Of a stretch of DNA of 64,000 nt, positions 26,801 to 40,799 are shown piece after piece. The DNA lies in assembly GCA_964016885.1 (NCBI GenBank), contig OZ024745.1, positions 3,968,001-4,032,000 on the forward strand, read 5' to 3'. A program made the translations under genes and the position numbers. Origin of the DNA: Eledone cirrhosa. Taxonomy: Eukaryota. Numbering within the stretch: position 1 is the first letter of the stretch; each line of letters begins with the position of its first letter. Under the pieces are notes generated by a model. The model saw nothing but the letters and a program-made list of their open reading frames with translations. It was not told where the DNA came from and searched no databases.

Positions 26801-29800
26801 GTGGTGTGGTACAGTAGAGAGAGGGTGATGTGGTGTGGTACAGTGGAGAGAGGGTGATGTGGTGTGGTACAGTGGAGAGAGGGTGGTGTGGTGTGGTACA
26901 GTAGAGAGAGGGTGGTGTGGTGTGGTACAGTGGAGAGAGGGTGATGTGGTGTGGTACAGTGGAGAGAGGGTGGTGTGGTGTGGTACAGTGGAGAGAGGGT
27001 GGTGTGGTACAGTGGAGAGAGGGTGATGTGGTGTGGTACAGTGGAGAGAGGGTGGTGTGGTGTGGTACAGTGGAGAGAGGGTGATGTGGTGTGGTACAGT
27101 GGAGAGAGGGTGGTGTGGTGTGGTACAGTGGAGAGAGGGTGGTGTGGTACAATGGAGAGAGGGTGGTGTGGTGTGGTACAGTGGAGAGAGGGTGATGTGG
27201 TGTGGTACAGTGGAGAGAGGGTGATGTGGTGTGGTACAGTGGAGAGAGGGTGGTGTGGTGTGGTACAGTGGAGAGAGGGTGGTGTGGTGTGGTACAGTGG
27301 AGAGAGGGTGATGTGGTGTGGTACAGTAGAGAGAGGGTGATGTGGTGTGGTACAGTGGAGAGAGGGTGGTGTGGTGTGGTAAAGTGGAGAGAGGGTGGTG
27401 TGGTGTGGTACAGTGGAGAGAGGGTGATGTGGTGTGGTACAGTGGAGAGAGGGTGATGTGGTGTGGTACAATGGAGAGAGGGTGATGTGGTGTGGTACAA
27501 TGGAGAGAGGGTGATGTGGTGTGGTACAGTGGAGAGAGGGTGGTGTGGTACAGTGGAGAGAGGGTGATGTGGTGTGGTACAGTAGAGAGAGGGTGGTGTG
27601 GTGTGGTACAGTGGAGAGAGGGTGATGTGGTGTGGTACAGTGGAGAGAGGGTGGTATGGTGTGGTACAGTGGAGAGAGGGTGATGTGGTGTGGTACAGTA
27701 GAGAGAGGGTGGTGTGGTGTGGTACAGTGGAGAGAGGGTGATGTGGTGAGGTACAGTAGAGAGAGGGTGATGTGGTGTGGTACAGTAGAGAGAGGGTGAT
27801 GTGGTGTGGTACAGTGGAGAGAGGGTGGTGTGGTACAGTGGAGAGAGGGTGGTGTGGTACAGTGGAGAGAGGGTGGTGTGGTGTGGTACAGTGGAGAGAG
27901 GGTGATGTGGTGTGGTACAGTGGAGAGAGGGTGGTGTGGTGTGGTACAATGGAGAGAGGGTGGTGTGGTGTGGTACAGTGGAGAGAGGGTGATGTGGTGT
28001 GGTACAGTGGAGAGAGGGTGATGTGGTGTGGTACAGTAGAGAGAGGGTGATGTGGTGTGGTACAGTGGAGAGAGGGTGGTGTGGTGTGGTACAGTGGAGA
28101 GAGGGTGATGTGGTGTGGTACAGTAGAGAGAGGGTGATGTGGTGTGGTACAGTGGAGAGAGGGTGGTGTGGTGTGGTACAGTGGAGAGAGGGTGATGTGG
28201 TGTGGTACAGTGGAGAGAGGGTGATGTGGTGTGGTACAGTAGAGAGAGGGTGATGTGGTGTGGTACAGTGGAGAGAGGGTGGTGTGGTGTGGTACAGTGG
28301 AGAGAGGGTGATGTGGTGTGGTACAGTGGAGAGAGGGTGATGTGGTGTGGTACAGTGGAGAGAGGGTGATGTGGTGTGGTACAGTGGAGAGAGGGTGGTG
28401 TGGTGTGGTACAGTGGAGAGAGGGTGATGTGGTGTGGTACAGTGGAGAGAGGGTGGTGTGGTGTGGTACAGTAGAGAGAGGGTGATGTGGTGTGGTACAG
28501 TGGAGAGGGTGATGTGGTGTGGTACAGTGGAGAGAGGGTGGTGTGGTGTGGTACAGTAGAGAGAGGGTGATGTGGTGTGGTACAGTGGAGAGAGGGTGAT
28601 GTGGTGTGGTACAGTGGAGAGAGGGTGGTGTGGTGTGGTACAGTGGAGAGAGGGTGATGTGGTGTGGTACAGTGGAGAGAGGGTGATGTGGTGTGGTACA
28701 GTAGAGAGAGGGTGATGTGGTGTGGTACAGTGGAGAGAGGGTGATGTGGTGTGGTACAGTGGAGAGAGGGTGGTGTGGTGTGGTACAGTAGAGAGAGGGT
28801 GGTGTGGTGTGGTACAGTGGAGAGAGGGTGATGTGGTGTGGTACAGTGGAGAGAGGGTGGTGTGGTGTGGTACAGTGGAGAGAGGGTGATGTGGTGTGGT
28901 ACAGTAGAGAGAGGCTGGTGTGGTGTGGTACAATGGAGAGAGGGTGATGTGGTGTGGTACAGTGGAGAGAGGGTGATGTGGTGTGGTACAGTAGAGAGAG
29001 GGTGATGTGGTGTGGTACAGTGGAGAGAGGGTGGTGTGGTGTGGTACAGTGGAGAGAGGGTGGTGTGGTACAATGGAGAGAGGGTGGTGTGGTGTGGTAC
29101 AGTGGAGAGAGGGTGATGTGGTGTGGTACAGTGGAGAGAGGGTGATGTGGTGTGGTACAGTGGAGAGAGGGTGGTGTGGTGTGGTACAGTGGAGAGAGGG
29201 TGGTGTGGTGTGGTACAGTGGAGAGAGGGTGATGTGGTGTGGTACAGTGGAGAGAGGGTGGTGTGGTGTGGTACAGTGGAGAGAGGGTGGTGTGGTGTGG
29301 TACAGTGGAGAGAGGGTGATGTGGTGTGGTACAGTGGAGAGAGGGTGATGTGGTGTGGTACAATGGAGAGAGGGTGATGTGGTGTGGTACAATGGAGAGA
29401 GGGTGATGTGGTGTGGTACAGTGGAGAGAGGGTGGTGTGGTGTGGTACAGTGGAGAGAGGGTGATGTGGTGTGGTACAGTAGAGAGAGGGTGGTGTGGTG
29501 TGGTACAGTGGAGAGAGGGTGATGTGGTGTGGTACAGTGGAGAGAGGGTGGTATGGTGTGGTACAGTGGAGAGAGGGTGATGTGGTGTGGTACAGTAGAG
29601 AGAGGGTGGTGTGGTGTGGTACAGTGGAGAGAGGGTGATGTGGTGAGGTACAGTAGAGAGAGGGTGATGTGGTGTGGTACAGTAGAGAGAGGGTGATGTG
29701 GTGTGGTACAGTGGAGAGAGGGTGGTGTGGTACAGTGGAGAGAGGGTGGTGTGGTACAGTGGAGAGAGGGTGGTGTGGTGTGGTACAGTGGAGAGAGGGT

Positions 29801-32800
29801 GATGTGGTGTGGTACAGTGGAGAGAGGGTGGTGTGGTGTGGTACAATGGAGAGAGGGTGGTGTGGTGTAGTACAGTGGAGAGAGGGTGATGTGGTGTGGT
29901 ACAGTGGAGAGAGGGTGATGTGGTGTGGTACAGTAGAGAGAGGGTGATGTGGTGTGGTACAGTGGAGAGAGGGTGGTGTGGTGTGGTACAGTGGAGAGAG
30001 GGTGATGTGGTGTGGTACAGTAGAGAGAGGGTGATGTGGTGTGGTACAGTGGAGAGAGGGTGGTGTGGTGTGGTACAGTGGAGAGAGGGTGATGTGGTGT
30101 GGTACAGTGGAGAGAGGGTGATGTGGTGTGGTACAGTAGAGAGAGGGTGATGTGGTGTGGTACAGTGGAGAGAGGGTGGTGTGGTGTGGTACAGTGGAGA
30201 GAGGGTGATGTGGTGTGGTACAGTGGAGAGAGGGTGATGTGGTGTGGTACAGTGGAGAGAGGGTGATGTGGTGTGGTACAGTGGAGAGAGGGTGGTGTGG
30301 TGTGGTACAGTGGAGAGAGGGTGATGTGGTGTGGTACAGTGGAGAGAGGGTGGTGTGGTGTGGTACAGTAGAGAGAGGGTGATGTGGTGTGGTACAGTGG
30401 AGAGAGGGTGATGTGGTGTGGTACAGTGGAGAGAGGGTGGTGTGGTGTGGTACAGTAGAGAGAGGGTGATGTGGTGTGGTACAGTGGAGAGAGGGTGATG
30501 TGGTGTGGTACAGTGGAGAGAGGGTGGTGTGGTGTGGTACAGTGGAGAGAGGGTGATGTGGTGTGGTACAGTGGAGAGAGGGTGATGTGGTGTGGTACAG
30601 TAGAGAGAGGGTGATGTGGTGTGGTACAGTGGAGAGAGGGTGATGTGGTGTGGTACAGTGGAGAGAGGGTGGTGTGGTGTGGTACAGTAGAGAGAGGGTG
30701 GTGTGGTGTGGTACAGTGGAGAGAGGGTGATGTGGTGTGGTACAGTGGAGAGAGGGTGGTGTGGTGTGGTACAGTGGAGAGAGGGTGATGTGGTGTGGTA
30801 CAGTATAGAGAGGCTGGTGTGGTGTGGTACAATGGAGAGAGGGTGATGTGGTGTGGTACAGTGGAGAGAGGGTGATGTGGTGTGGTACAGTAGAGAGAGG
30901 GTGATGTGGTGTGGTACAGTGGAGAGAGGGTGGTGTGGTGTGGTACAGTGGAGAGAGGGTGATGTGGTGTGGTACAGTGGAGAGAGGGTGATGTGGTACA
31001 GTGGAGAGAGGGTGGTGTGGTACAGTGGAGAGAGGAGGATGATGTGTGGTACAGTGGAGAGAGGGTGATGTGGTGTGGTACAGTGGAGAGAGGGTGATGT
31101 GGTGTGGTACAGTGGAGAGAGGGTGATGTGGTGTGGTACAGTGGAGAGAGGGTGGTGTGGTGTGGTACAGTGGAGAGAGGGTGATGTGGTGTGGTACAGT
31201 AGAGAGAGGGTGGTGTGGTGTGGTACAGTGGAGAGAGGGTGATGTGGTGTGGTACAATGGAGAGAGGGTGATGTGGTGTGGTACAATGGAGAGAGGGTGA
31301 TGTGGTGTGGTACAGTGGAGAGAGGGTGATGTGGTGTGGTACAGTGGAGAGAGGGTGATGTGGTGTGGTACAGTGGAGAGAGGGTGATGTGGTGTGGTAC
31401 AGTGGAGAGAGGGTGATGTGGTGTGGTACAGTGGAGAGAGGGTGATGTGGTGTGGTACAGTGGAGAGAGGGTGATGTGGTACAGTGGAGAGAGGGTGGTG
31501 TGGTGTGGTACAATGGAGAGAGGGTGATGTGGTGTGGTACAATGGAGAGAGGGTGATGTGTGGTACAGTGGAGAGAGGGTGATGTGGTGTGGTACAGTGG
31601 AGAGAGGGTGATGTGGTGTGGTACAGTGGAGAGAGGGTGGTGTGGTGTGGTACAGTGGAGAGAGGGTGGTGTGGTGTGGTACAGTGGAGATAGGGTGATG
31701 TGGTGTGGTACAGTGGAGAGAGGGTGATGTGGTGTGGTACAGTGGAGAGAGGGTGATGTGGTGTGGTACAATGGAGAGAGGGTGATGTGGTGTGGTACAG
31801 TGGAGAGAGGGTGATGTGGTGTGGTACAGTGGAGAGAGGGTGATGTGGTGTGGTACAGTGGAGAGAGGGTGATGGGGTACAGTAGAGAGAGGGTGATGTG
31901 GTGTGGTACAGTGGAGAGAGGGTGGTGTGGTACAGTAGAGAGAGGGTGATGTGGTGTGGTACAGTGGAGAGAGGGTGGTGTGGTACAGTAGAGAGAGGGT
32001 GATGTGGTGTGGTTCAGTAGAGAGAGGGTGATGTGGTGTGGTACAGTGGAGAGGGGGTGATGTGGTGTGGTACAGTGGAGAGAGGAGGATGTGGTGTGGT
32101 ACAGTGGAGAGAGGGTGGTGTGGTACAGTAGAGAGAGGGTGATGTGGTGTGGTACAGTAGAGAGAGGGTGATGTGGTGTGGTACAGTGGAGAGAGGGTGG
32201 TGTGGTGTGGTACAGTGGAGAGAGGGTGGTGTGGTGTGGTACAGTAGAGAGAGGGTGGTGTGGTACACTAGAGAGAGGGTGATGTGGTGTGGTACAGTGG
32301 AGAGAGGAGGATGTGGTGTGGTACAGTGGAGAGAGGGTGGTGTGGTGTGGTACAGTGGAGAGAGGGTGATGTGGTGTGGTACAATGGAGAGAGGGTGATG
32401 TGGTGTGGTACAGTGGAGAGAGGGTGGTGTGGTGTGGTACAGTGGAGAGAGGGTGATGTGGTGTGGTACAGTGGAGAGAGGGTGGTGTGGTGTGGTACAG
32501 TGGAGAGAGGGTGGTGTGGTACAGTGGAGAGAGGGTGATGTGGTGTGGTACAGTGGAGAGAGGGTGGTGTGGTGTGGTACAGTGGAGAGAGGGTGATGTG
32601 GTGTGGTACAGTGGAGAGAGGGTGGTGTGGTGTGGTACAGTGGAGAGAGGGTGGTGTGGTACAATGGAGAGAGGGTGGTGTGGTGTGGTACAGTGGAGAG
32701 AGGGTGATGTGGTGTGGTACAGTGGAGAGAGGGTGATGTGGTGTGGTACAGTGGAGAGAGGGTGGTGTGGTGTGGTACAGTGGAGAGAGGGTGGTGTGGT

Positions 32801-35800
32801 GTGGTACAGTGGAGAGAGGGTGATGTGGTGTGGTACAGTAGAGAGAGGGTGATGTGGTGTGGTACAGTGGAGAGAGGGTGGTGTGGTGTGGTACAGTGGA
32901 GAGAGGGTGGTGTGGTGTGGTACAGTGGAGAGAGGGTGATGTGGTGTGGTACAGTGGAGAGAGGGTGATGTGGTGTGGTACAATGGAGAGAGGGTGATGT
33001 GGTGTGGTACAATGGAGAGAGGGTGATGTGGTGTGGTACAGTGGAGAGAGGGTGGTGTGGTGTGGTACAGTGGAGAGAGGGTGGTGTGGTGTGGTACAGT
33101 GGAGAGAGGGTGATGTGGTGTGGTACAGTAGAGAGAGGGTGGTGTGGTGTGGTACAGTGGAGAGAGGGTGATATGGTGTGGTACAGTGGAGAGAGGGTGG
33201 TATGGTGTGGTACAGTGGAGAGAGGGTGATGTGGTGTGGTACAGTAGAGAGAGGGTGGTGTGGTGTGGTACAGTGGAGAGAGGGTGATGTGGTGAGGTAC
33301 AGTAGAGAGAGGGTGATGTGGTGTGGTACAGTAGAGAGAGGGTGATGTGGTGTGGTACAGTGGAGAGAGGGTGGTGTGGTACAGTGGAGAGAGGGTGGTG
33401 TGGTACAGTGGAGAGAGGGTGGTGTGGTGTGGTACAGTGGAGAGAGGGTGATGTGGTGTGGTACAGTGGAGAGAGGGTGGTGTGGTGTGGTACAATGGAG
33501 AGAGGGTGGTGTGGTGTGGTACAGTGGAGAGAGGGTGATGTGGTGTGGTACAGTGGAGAGAGGGTGATGTGGTGTGGTACAGTAGAGAGAGGGTGATGTG
33601 GTGTGGTACAGTGGAGAGAGGGTGGTGTGGTGTGGTACAGTGGAGAGAGGGTGATGTGGTGTGGTACAGTAGAGAGAGGGTGATGTGGTGTGGTACAGTG
33701 GAGAGAGGGTGGTGTGGTGTGGTACAGTGGAGAGAGGGTGATGTGGTGTGGTACAGTGGAGAGAGGGTGATGTGGTGTGGTACAGTAGAGAGAGGGTGAT
33801 GTGGTGTGGTACAGTGGAGAGAGGGTGGTGTGGTGTGGTACAGTGGAGAGAGGGTGATGTGGTGTGGTACAGTGGAGAGAGGGTGATGTGGTGTGGTACA
33901 GTGGAGAGAGGGTGATGTGGTGTGGTACAGTGGAGAGAGGGTGGTGTGGTGTGGTACAGTGGAGAGAGGGTGATGTGGTGTGGTACAGTGGAGAGAGGGT
34001 GGTGTGGTGTGGTACAGTAGAGAGAGGGTGATGTGGTGTGGTACAGTGGAGAGAGGGTGATGTGGTGTGGTACAGTGGAGAGAGGGTGGTGTGGTGTGGT
34101 ACAGTAGAGAGAGGGTGATGTGGTGTGGTACAGTGGAGAGAGGGTGATGTGGTGTGGTACAGTGGAGAGAGGGTGGTGTGGTGTGGTACAGTGGAGAGAG
34201 GGTGATGTGGTGTGGTACAGTAGAGAGAGGGTGATGTGGTGTGGTACAGTGGAGAGAGGGTGATGTGGTGTGGTACAGTGGAGAGAGGGTGGTGTGGTGT
34301 GGTACAGTAGAGAGAGGGTGGTGTGGTGTGGTACAGTGGAGAGAGGGTGATGTGGTGTGGTACAGTGGAGAGAGGGTGGTGTGGTGTGGTACAGTGGAGA
34401 GAGGGTGATGTGGTGTGGTACAGTAGAGAGAGGGTGGTGTGGTGTGGTACAGTAGAGAGAGGGTGGTGTGGTGTGGTACAGTGGAGAGAGGGTGATGTGG
34501 TGTGGTACAGTAGAGAGAGGGTGATGTGGTGTGGTACAGTGGAGAGAGGGTGGTGTGGTGTGGTACAGTGGAGAGAGGGTGATGTGGTGTGGTACAGTGG
34601 AGAGAGGGTGATGTGGTACAGTGGAGAGAGGGTGGTGTGGTGTGGTACAGTGGAGAGAGGAGGATGTGGTGTGGTACAGTGGAGAGAGGGTGATGTGGTG
34701 TGGTACAGTGGAGAGAGGGTGATGTGGTATGGTACAGTGGAGAGAGGGTGATGTGGTGTGGTACAGTGGAGAGAGGGTGGTGTGGTGTGGTACAGTGGAG
34801 AGAGGGTGATGTGGTGTGGTACAGTAGAGAGAGGGTGGTGTGGTGTGGTACAGTGGAGAGAGGGTGATGTGGTGTGGTACAATGGAGAGAGGGTGATGTG
34901 GTGTGGTACAATGGAGAGAGGGTGATGTGGTGTGGTACAGTGGAGAGAGGGTGATGTGGTGTGGTACAGTGGAGAGAGGGTGATGTGGTGTGGTACAGTG
35001 GAGAGAGGGTGATGTGGTGTGGTACAGTGGAGAGAGGGTGATGTGGTGTGGTACAGTGGAGAGAGGGTGATGTGGTGTGGTACAGTGGAGAGAGGGTGAT
35101 GTGGTACAGTGGAGAGAGGGTGGTGTGGTGTGGTACAATGGAGAGAGGGTGATGTGGTGTGGTACAATGGAGAGAGGGTGATGTGGTGTGGTACAGTGGA
35201 GAGAGGGTGATGTGGTGTGGTACAGTGGAGAGAGGGTGATGTGGTGTGGTACAGTGGAGAGAGGGTGGTGTGGTGTGGTACAGTGGAGAGAGGGTGGTGT
35301 GGTGTGGTACAGTGGAGAGAGGGTGATGTGGTGTGGTACAGTGGAGAGAGGGTGATGTGGTGTGGTACAGTGGAGAGAGGGTGATGTGGTGTGGTACAAT
35401 GGAGAGAGGGTGATGTGGTGTGGTACAGTGGAGAGAGGGTGATGTGGTGTGGTACAGTGGAGAGAGGGTGATGTGGTGTGGTACAGTGGAGAGAGGGTGA
35501 TGTGGTACAGTAGAGAGAGGGTGATGTGGTGTGGTACAGTGGAGAGAGGGTGGTGTGGTACAGTAGAGAGAGGGTGATGTGGTGTGGTACAGTGGAGAGA
35601 GGGTGGTGTGGTACAGTAGAGAGAGGGTGATGTGGTGTGGTACAGTAGAGAGAGGGTGATGTGGTGTGGTACAGTGGAGAGAGGGTGATGTGGTGTGGTA
35701 CAGTGGAGAGAGGAGGATGTGGTGTGGTACAGTGGAGAGAGGGTGATATGGTGTGGTACAGTGGAGAGAGGGTGGTGTGGTACAGTAGAGAGAGGGTGAT

Positions 35801-38800
35801 GTGGTGTGGTACAGTAGAGAGAGGGTGATGTGGTGTGGTACAGTGGAGAGAGGGTGGTGTGGTACAGTGGAGAGAGGGTGGTGTGGTGTGGTACAGTAGA
35901 GAGAGGGTGGTGTGGTACACTAGAGAGAGGGTGATGTGGTGTGGTACAGTGGAGAGAGGAGGATGTGGTGTGGTACAGTGGAGAGAGGGTGGTGTGGTGT
36001 GGTACAGTGGAGAGAGGGTTGTATGGTGTGGTACAGTGGAGAGAGGGTGGTGTGGTACAGTAGAGAGAGGGTGATGTGGTGTGGTACAGTGGAGAGAGGG
36101 TGGTGTGGTGTGGTACAATGGAGAGAGGGTGATGTGGTGTGGTACAGTGGAGAGAGGGTGATGTGGTGTGGTACAGTAGAGAGAGGGTGATGTGGTGTGG
36201 TACAGTGGAGAGAGGGTGGTGTGGTGTGGTACAGTGGAGAGAGGGTGGTGTGGTGTGGTACAGTGGAGAGAGGGTGGTGTGGTACAATGGGGAGAGGGTG
36301 GTGTGGTGTGGTACAGTGGAGAGAGGGTGATGTGGTGTGGTACAGTGGAGAGAGTGTGGTGTGGTACAGTGGAGAGAGGGTGATGTGGTGTGGTACAATG
36401 GAGAGAGGGTGATGTGGTGTGGTACAGTGGAGAGAGGGTGGTGTGGTACAGTAGAGAGAGGGTGATGTGGTGTGGTACAGTAGAGAGAGGGTGGTGTGGT
36501 GTGGTACAGTGGAGAGAGGGTGATGTGGTGTGGTACAGTGGAGAGAGGGTGATGTGGTGTGGTACAATGGAGAGAGGGTGATGTGGTGTGGTACAGTGGA
36601 GAGAGGGTGGTGTGGTGTGGTACAGTGGGGAGAGGGTGGTGTGGTGTGGTACAGTAGAGAGAGGGTGATGTGGTGTGGTACAGTGGAGAGAGGGTGGTGT
36701 GGTGTGGTACAGTGGAGAGAGGGTGATGTGGTGTGGTACAGTAGAGAGAGGGTGATGTGGTGTGGTACAGTGGAGAGAGGGTGATGTGGTGTGGTACAGT
36801 GGAGAGAGGGTGGTGTGGTGTGGTACAGTGGAGAGAGGGTGGTGTGGTACAGTGGAGAGAGGGTGGTGTGGTGTGGTACAGTGGAGAGAGGGTGATGTGG
36901 TGTGGTACAGTGGAGAGAGGGTGATGTGGAGTGGTACAGTGGAGAGAGGGTGGTGTGGTGTGGTACAGTGGAGAGAGGGTGGTGTGGTGTGGTACAGTGG
37001 AGAGAGGGTGATGTGGTGTGGTACAGTGGAGAGAGGGTGATGTGGTGTGGTACAGTGGAGAGAGGGTGGTGTGGTACAGTAGAGAGAGGGTGATGTGGTG
37101 TGGTACAGTGGAGAGAGGGTGATGTGGTGTGGTACAGTGGAGAGAGGGTGATGTGGTGTGGTACAGTGGAGAGAGGGTGGTGTGGTACAATAGAGAGAGG
37201 GTGATGTGGTGTGGTACAGTGGAGAGAGGGTGATGTGGTGTGGTACAGTGGAGAGAGGGTGGTGTGGTGTGGTACAGTGGAGAGAGGGTGGTGTGGTGTG
37301 GTACAGTGGAGAGAGGGTGGTGTGGTGTGGTACAGTGGAGAGAGGGTGGTGTGGTGTGGTACAGTGGAGAGAGGGTGGTGTGGTGTGGTACAGTGGAGAG
37401 AGGGTGGTGTGGTGTGGTACAGTGGAGAGAGGGTGGTGTGGTGTGGTACAGTGGGGAGAGGGTGGTGTGGTGTGGTACAATGGAGAGAGGGTGATGTGGT
37501 GTGGTACAGTGGAGAGAGGGTGATGTGGTGTGGTACAGTGGAGAGAGGGTGATGTGGTGTGGTACAATGGAGAGAGGGTGGTGTGGTGTGGTACAGTGGA
37601 GAGAGGGTGGTGTGGTGTGGTACAGTGGGGAGAGGGTGATGTGGTGTGGTACAGTGGGGAGAGGGTGGTGTGGTGTGGTACAATGGAGAGAGGGTGATGT
37701 GGTGTGGTACAGTGGAGAGAGGGTGATGTGGTGTGGTACAATGGAGAGAGGGTGGTGTGGTGTGGTACAGTGGAGAGAGGGTGGTGTGGTGTGGTACAGT
37801 GGAGAGAGGGTGATGTGGTGTGGTACAATGGAGAGAGGGTGGTGTGGTGTGGTACAGTGGAGAGAGGGTGGTGTGGTGTGGTACAGTGGAGAGAGGGTGG
37901 TGTGGTGTGGTACAGTGGGGAGAGGGTGGTGTGGTGTGGTACAATGGAGAGAGGGTGATGTGGTGTGGTACAGTGGAGAGAGGGTGATGTGGTGTGGTAC
38001 AGTGGAGAGAGGGTGGTGTGGTGTGGTACAGTGGAGAGAGGGTGGTGTGGTGTGGTACAGTAGAGAGAGGGTGGTGTGGTGTGGTACAGTGGAGAGAGGG
38101 TGATGTGGTACAGTGGAGAGAGGGTGGTGTGGTACAGTGGAGAGAGGGTGGTGTGGTGTGGTACAGTGGAGAGAGGGTGATGTGGTACAGTGGAGAGAGG
38201 GTGGTGTGGTACAGTGGAGAGAGGGTGGTGTGGTACAGTGGAGAGAGGGTGATGTGGTGTGGTACAGTAGAGAGAGGGTGGTGTGGTGTGGTACAGTGGA
38301 GAGAGGGTGATGTGGTGTGGTACAGTGGAGAGAGGGTGGTGTGGTGTGGTACAGTAGAGAGAGGGTGGTGTGGTGTGGTACAGTGGAGAGAGGGTGATGT
38401 GGTGTGGTACAGTGGAGAGAGGGTGATGTGGTGTGGTACAGTGGAGAGAGGGTGATGTGGTGTGGTACAGTGGAGAGAGGGTGATGTGGTGTGGTACAGT
38501 GGGGAGAGGGTGATGTGGTGTGGTACAGTGGGGAGAGGGTGGTGTGGTGTGGTACAATGGAGAGAGGGTGATGTGGTGTGGTACAGTGGAGAGAGGGTGA
38601 TGTGGTGTGGTACAATGGAGAGAGGGTGGTGTGGTGTGGTACAGTGGAGAGAGGGTGGTGTGGTGTGGTACAGTGGAGAGAGGGTGATGTGGTGTGGTAC
38701 AATGGAGAGAGGGTGGTGTGGTGTGGTACAGTGGAGAGAGGGTGGTGTGGTGTGGTACAGTGGAGAGAGGGTGGTGTGGTGTGGTACAGTGGAGAGAGGG

Positions 38801-40028
38801 TGATGTGGTGTGGTACAATGGAGAGAGGGTGATGTGGTGTGGTACAGTGGAGAGAGGGTGGTGTGGTGTGGTACAGTGGAGAGAGGGTGGCGTGGTGTGG
38901 TACAGCAGAGAGAGGGTGGTGTGGTGTGGTACAGTGGAGAGAGGGTGATGTGGTACAGTGGAGAGAGGGTGGTGTGGTACAGTGGAGAGAGGGTGGTGTG
39001 GTGTGGTACAGTGGAGAGAGGGTGATGTGGTACAGTGGAGAGAGGGTGGTGTGGTACAGTGGAGAGAGGGTGGTGTGGTGTGGTACAGTGGAGAGAGGGT
39101 GATGTGGTACAGTGGAGAGAGGGTGGTGTGGTGTGGTACAGTGGAGAGAGGGTGGTGTGGTGTGGTACAGTGGAGAGAGGGTGGTGTGGTACAGTGGAGA
39201 GAGGGTGGTGTGGTGTGGTACAGTAGAGAGAGGGTGGTGTGGTACAGTGGAGAGAGGGTGGTGTGGTGTGGTACAGTAGAGAGAGGGTGGTGTGGTGTGG
39301 TACAGTGGAGAGAGGGTGGTGTGGTGTGGTACAGTAGAGAGAGGGTGGTGTGGTACAGTGGAGAGAGGGTGGTGTGGTGTGGTACAGTAGAGAGAGGGTG
39401 GTGTGGTGTGGTACAGTGGAGAGAGGGTGGTGTGGTGTGGTACAGTGGAGAGAGGGTGGTGTGGTACAGTGGAGAGAGGGTGGTGTGGTGTGGTACAGTG
39501 GAGAGAGGGTGGTGTGGTGTGGTACAGTGGAGAGAGGGTGGTGTGGTACAGTGGAGAGAGGGTGGTGTGGTGTGGTACAGTAGAGAGAGGGTGGTGTGGT
39601 ACAGTGGAGAGAGGGTGGTGTGGTGTGGTACAGTAGAGAGAGGGTGGTGTGGTACAGTGGAGAGAGGGTGGTGTGGTACAGTGGAGAGAGGGTGGTGTGG
39701 TGTGGTACAGTGGAGAGAGGGTGGTGTGGTACAGTGGAGAGAGGGTGGTGTGGTGTGGTACAGTAGAGAGAGGGTGGTGTGGTACAGTGGAGAGAGGGTG
39801 GTGTGGTACAGTGGAGAGAGGGTGGTGTGGTGTGGTACAGTGGAGAGAGGGTGGTGTGGTGTGGTACAGTGGAGAGAGGGTGGTGTGGTGTGGTACAGTG
39901 GAGAGAGGGTGGTGTGGTGTGGTACAGTGGAGAGAGGGTGATGTGGTACAGTGGAGAGAGGGTGGTGTGGTGTGGTACAGTGGAGAGAGAGTGATGTGGT
40001 GTGGTACAGTGGAGAGAGGGTGATGTGG
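23886..40028. repeat. G-rich 29-bp satellite array (24-bp variant), about 16.1 kb and roughly 560-580 units, inside a MICU1 intron
   Basis: Unit is gtggtgtggtacagtggagagagggtg(a/g)t. The 24-bp variant lacks one gtggt. Confidence 0.99.
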
Positions 40029-40074
40029 AATGGATGAGAATCACAAAGATAGCTGTGGACGGAGAACACATATA

Positions 40075-40340
40075 AATGTAATGGGGGTGTGTGTCTAAAG
40101 TCTGTCCCCAAGAGGTTCATCAGGCCAGTGCTTATCTCGGTTTCCATGGCATTAAGTAACTGAGAGTACAAGACTTCCTCCTGGACAGGATGCCAGTCCG
40201 TCGCAGGGTTGAACCCTCAGCTGACTATACTGGAGCAACATGAAATGAAGTGTTTTGCTGAAGAACACATCATACAAGCCATTCCAGGAATTGAACCCAC
40301 CACATTATGGTCATGTCCAACAGGCCACAAATCTCCACTA
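40075..40340 (-). mobile_element. tRNA-derived SINE (family C) with a CORE-like segment, minus strand
   Basis: The reverse complement reads gggttcaattcctgg (B-box), tgtgttcttcagcaaaacacttcatttc, aaccctgcgacggactggcatcc and gaaaccgagataagcactggcctgatgaacct, colinear with 49345-49590. Confidence 0.8.
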
Positions 40341-40374
40341 AGAGAGACCCAATATTAATATGTTATACATTCTT

Positions 40375-40620
40375 TTATCACCACTATTTTAATAATAATT
40401 TTGCCATACTTGCACCAGTGTGTGGTTGTTTCCTAGCTACATGTTGCCAATTATTATAGCTCTTTGTCATCTTTAGCTTCTTGAGATCAGTCTTCCACAG
40501 GTTTCAAGCACACAACCCTACCACATTACATCACTGACATTCTCCATCTTCACGAGTACGACTTAACAACATGTTCCAAAATCTTCCTTTCTCTACTTCA
40601 ACTATGAATGTCTTACTCTT
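40375..40620 (-). mobile_element. Highly decayed RTE LINE 3' end remnant
   Basis: The reverse complement agactgatctcaagaagctaaagatgacaaagagc...tgcaagtatggcaaaa...aaaatagtggtgat loosely parallels 52550-52677. Confidence 0.4.
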
Positions 40621-40799
40621 TCAAAACACCCTTTATTTTTATCCAGTGTGTTAAATCCATTCACATATCCAAATCAGCGTAGTTATATCACAGGAACCAA
40701 TAATTCTGACAACTCAGTTATGTCACCAAAATCCTGGGCCTTCTCACTCCTGTCTGAGGAACCCCTCCCTGGTTGACCTCCACCACTTCCTATCTCTGA

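Noticed and set aside
23832-40171. Giant His/Thr/Pro-rich ORFs (up to 5431 aa) on the minus strand and many W/G/V-rich ORFs on the plus strand
   Set aside because: The minus strand of the 29-bp repeat lacks stop codons in all three frames. The peptides only reflect the repeat, which lies antisense within an intron.
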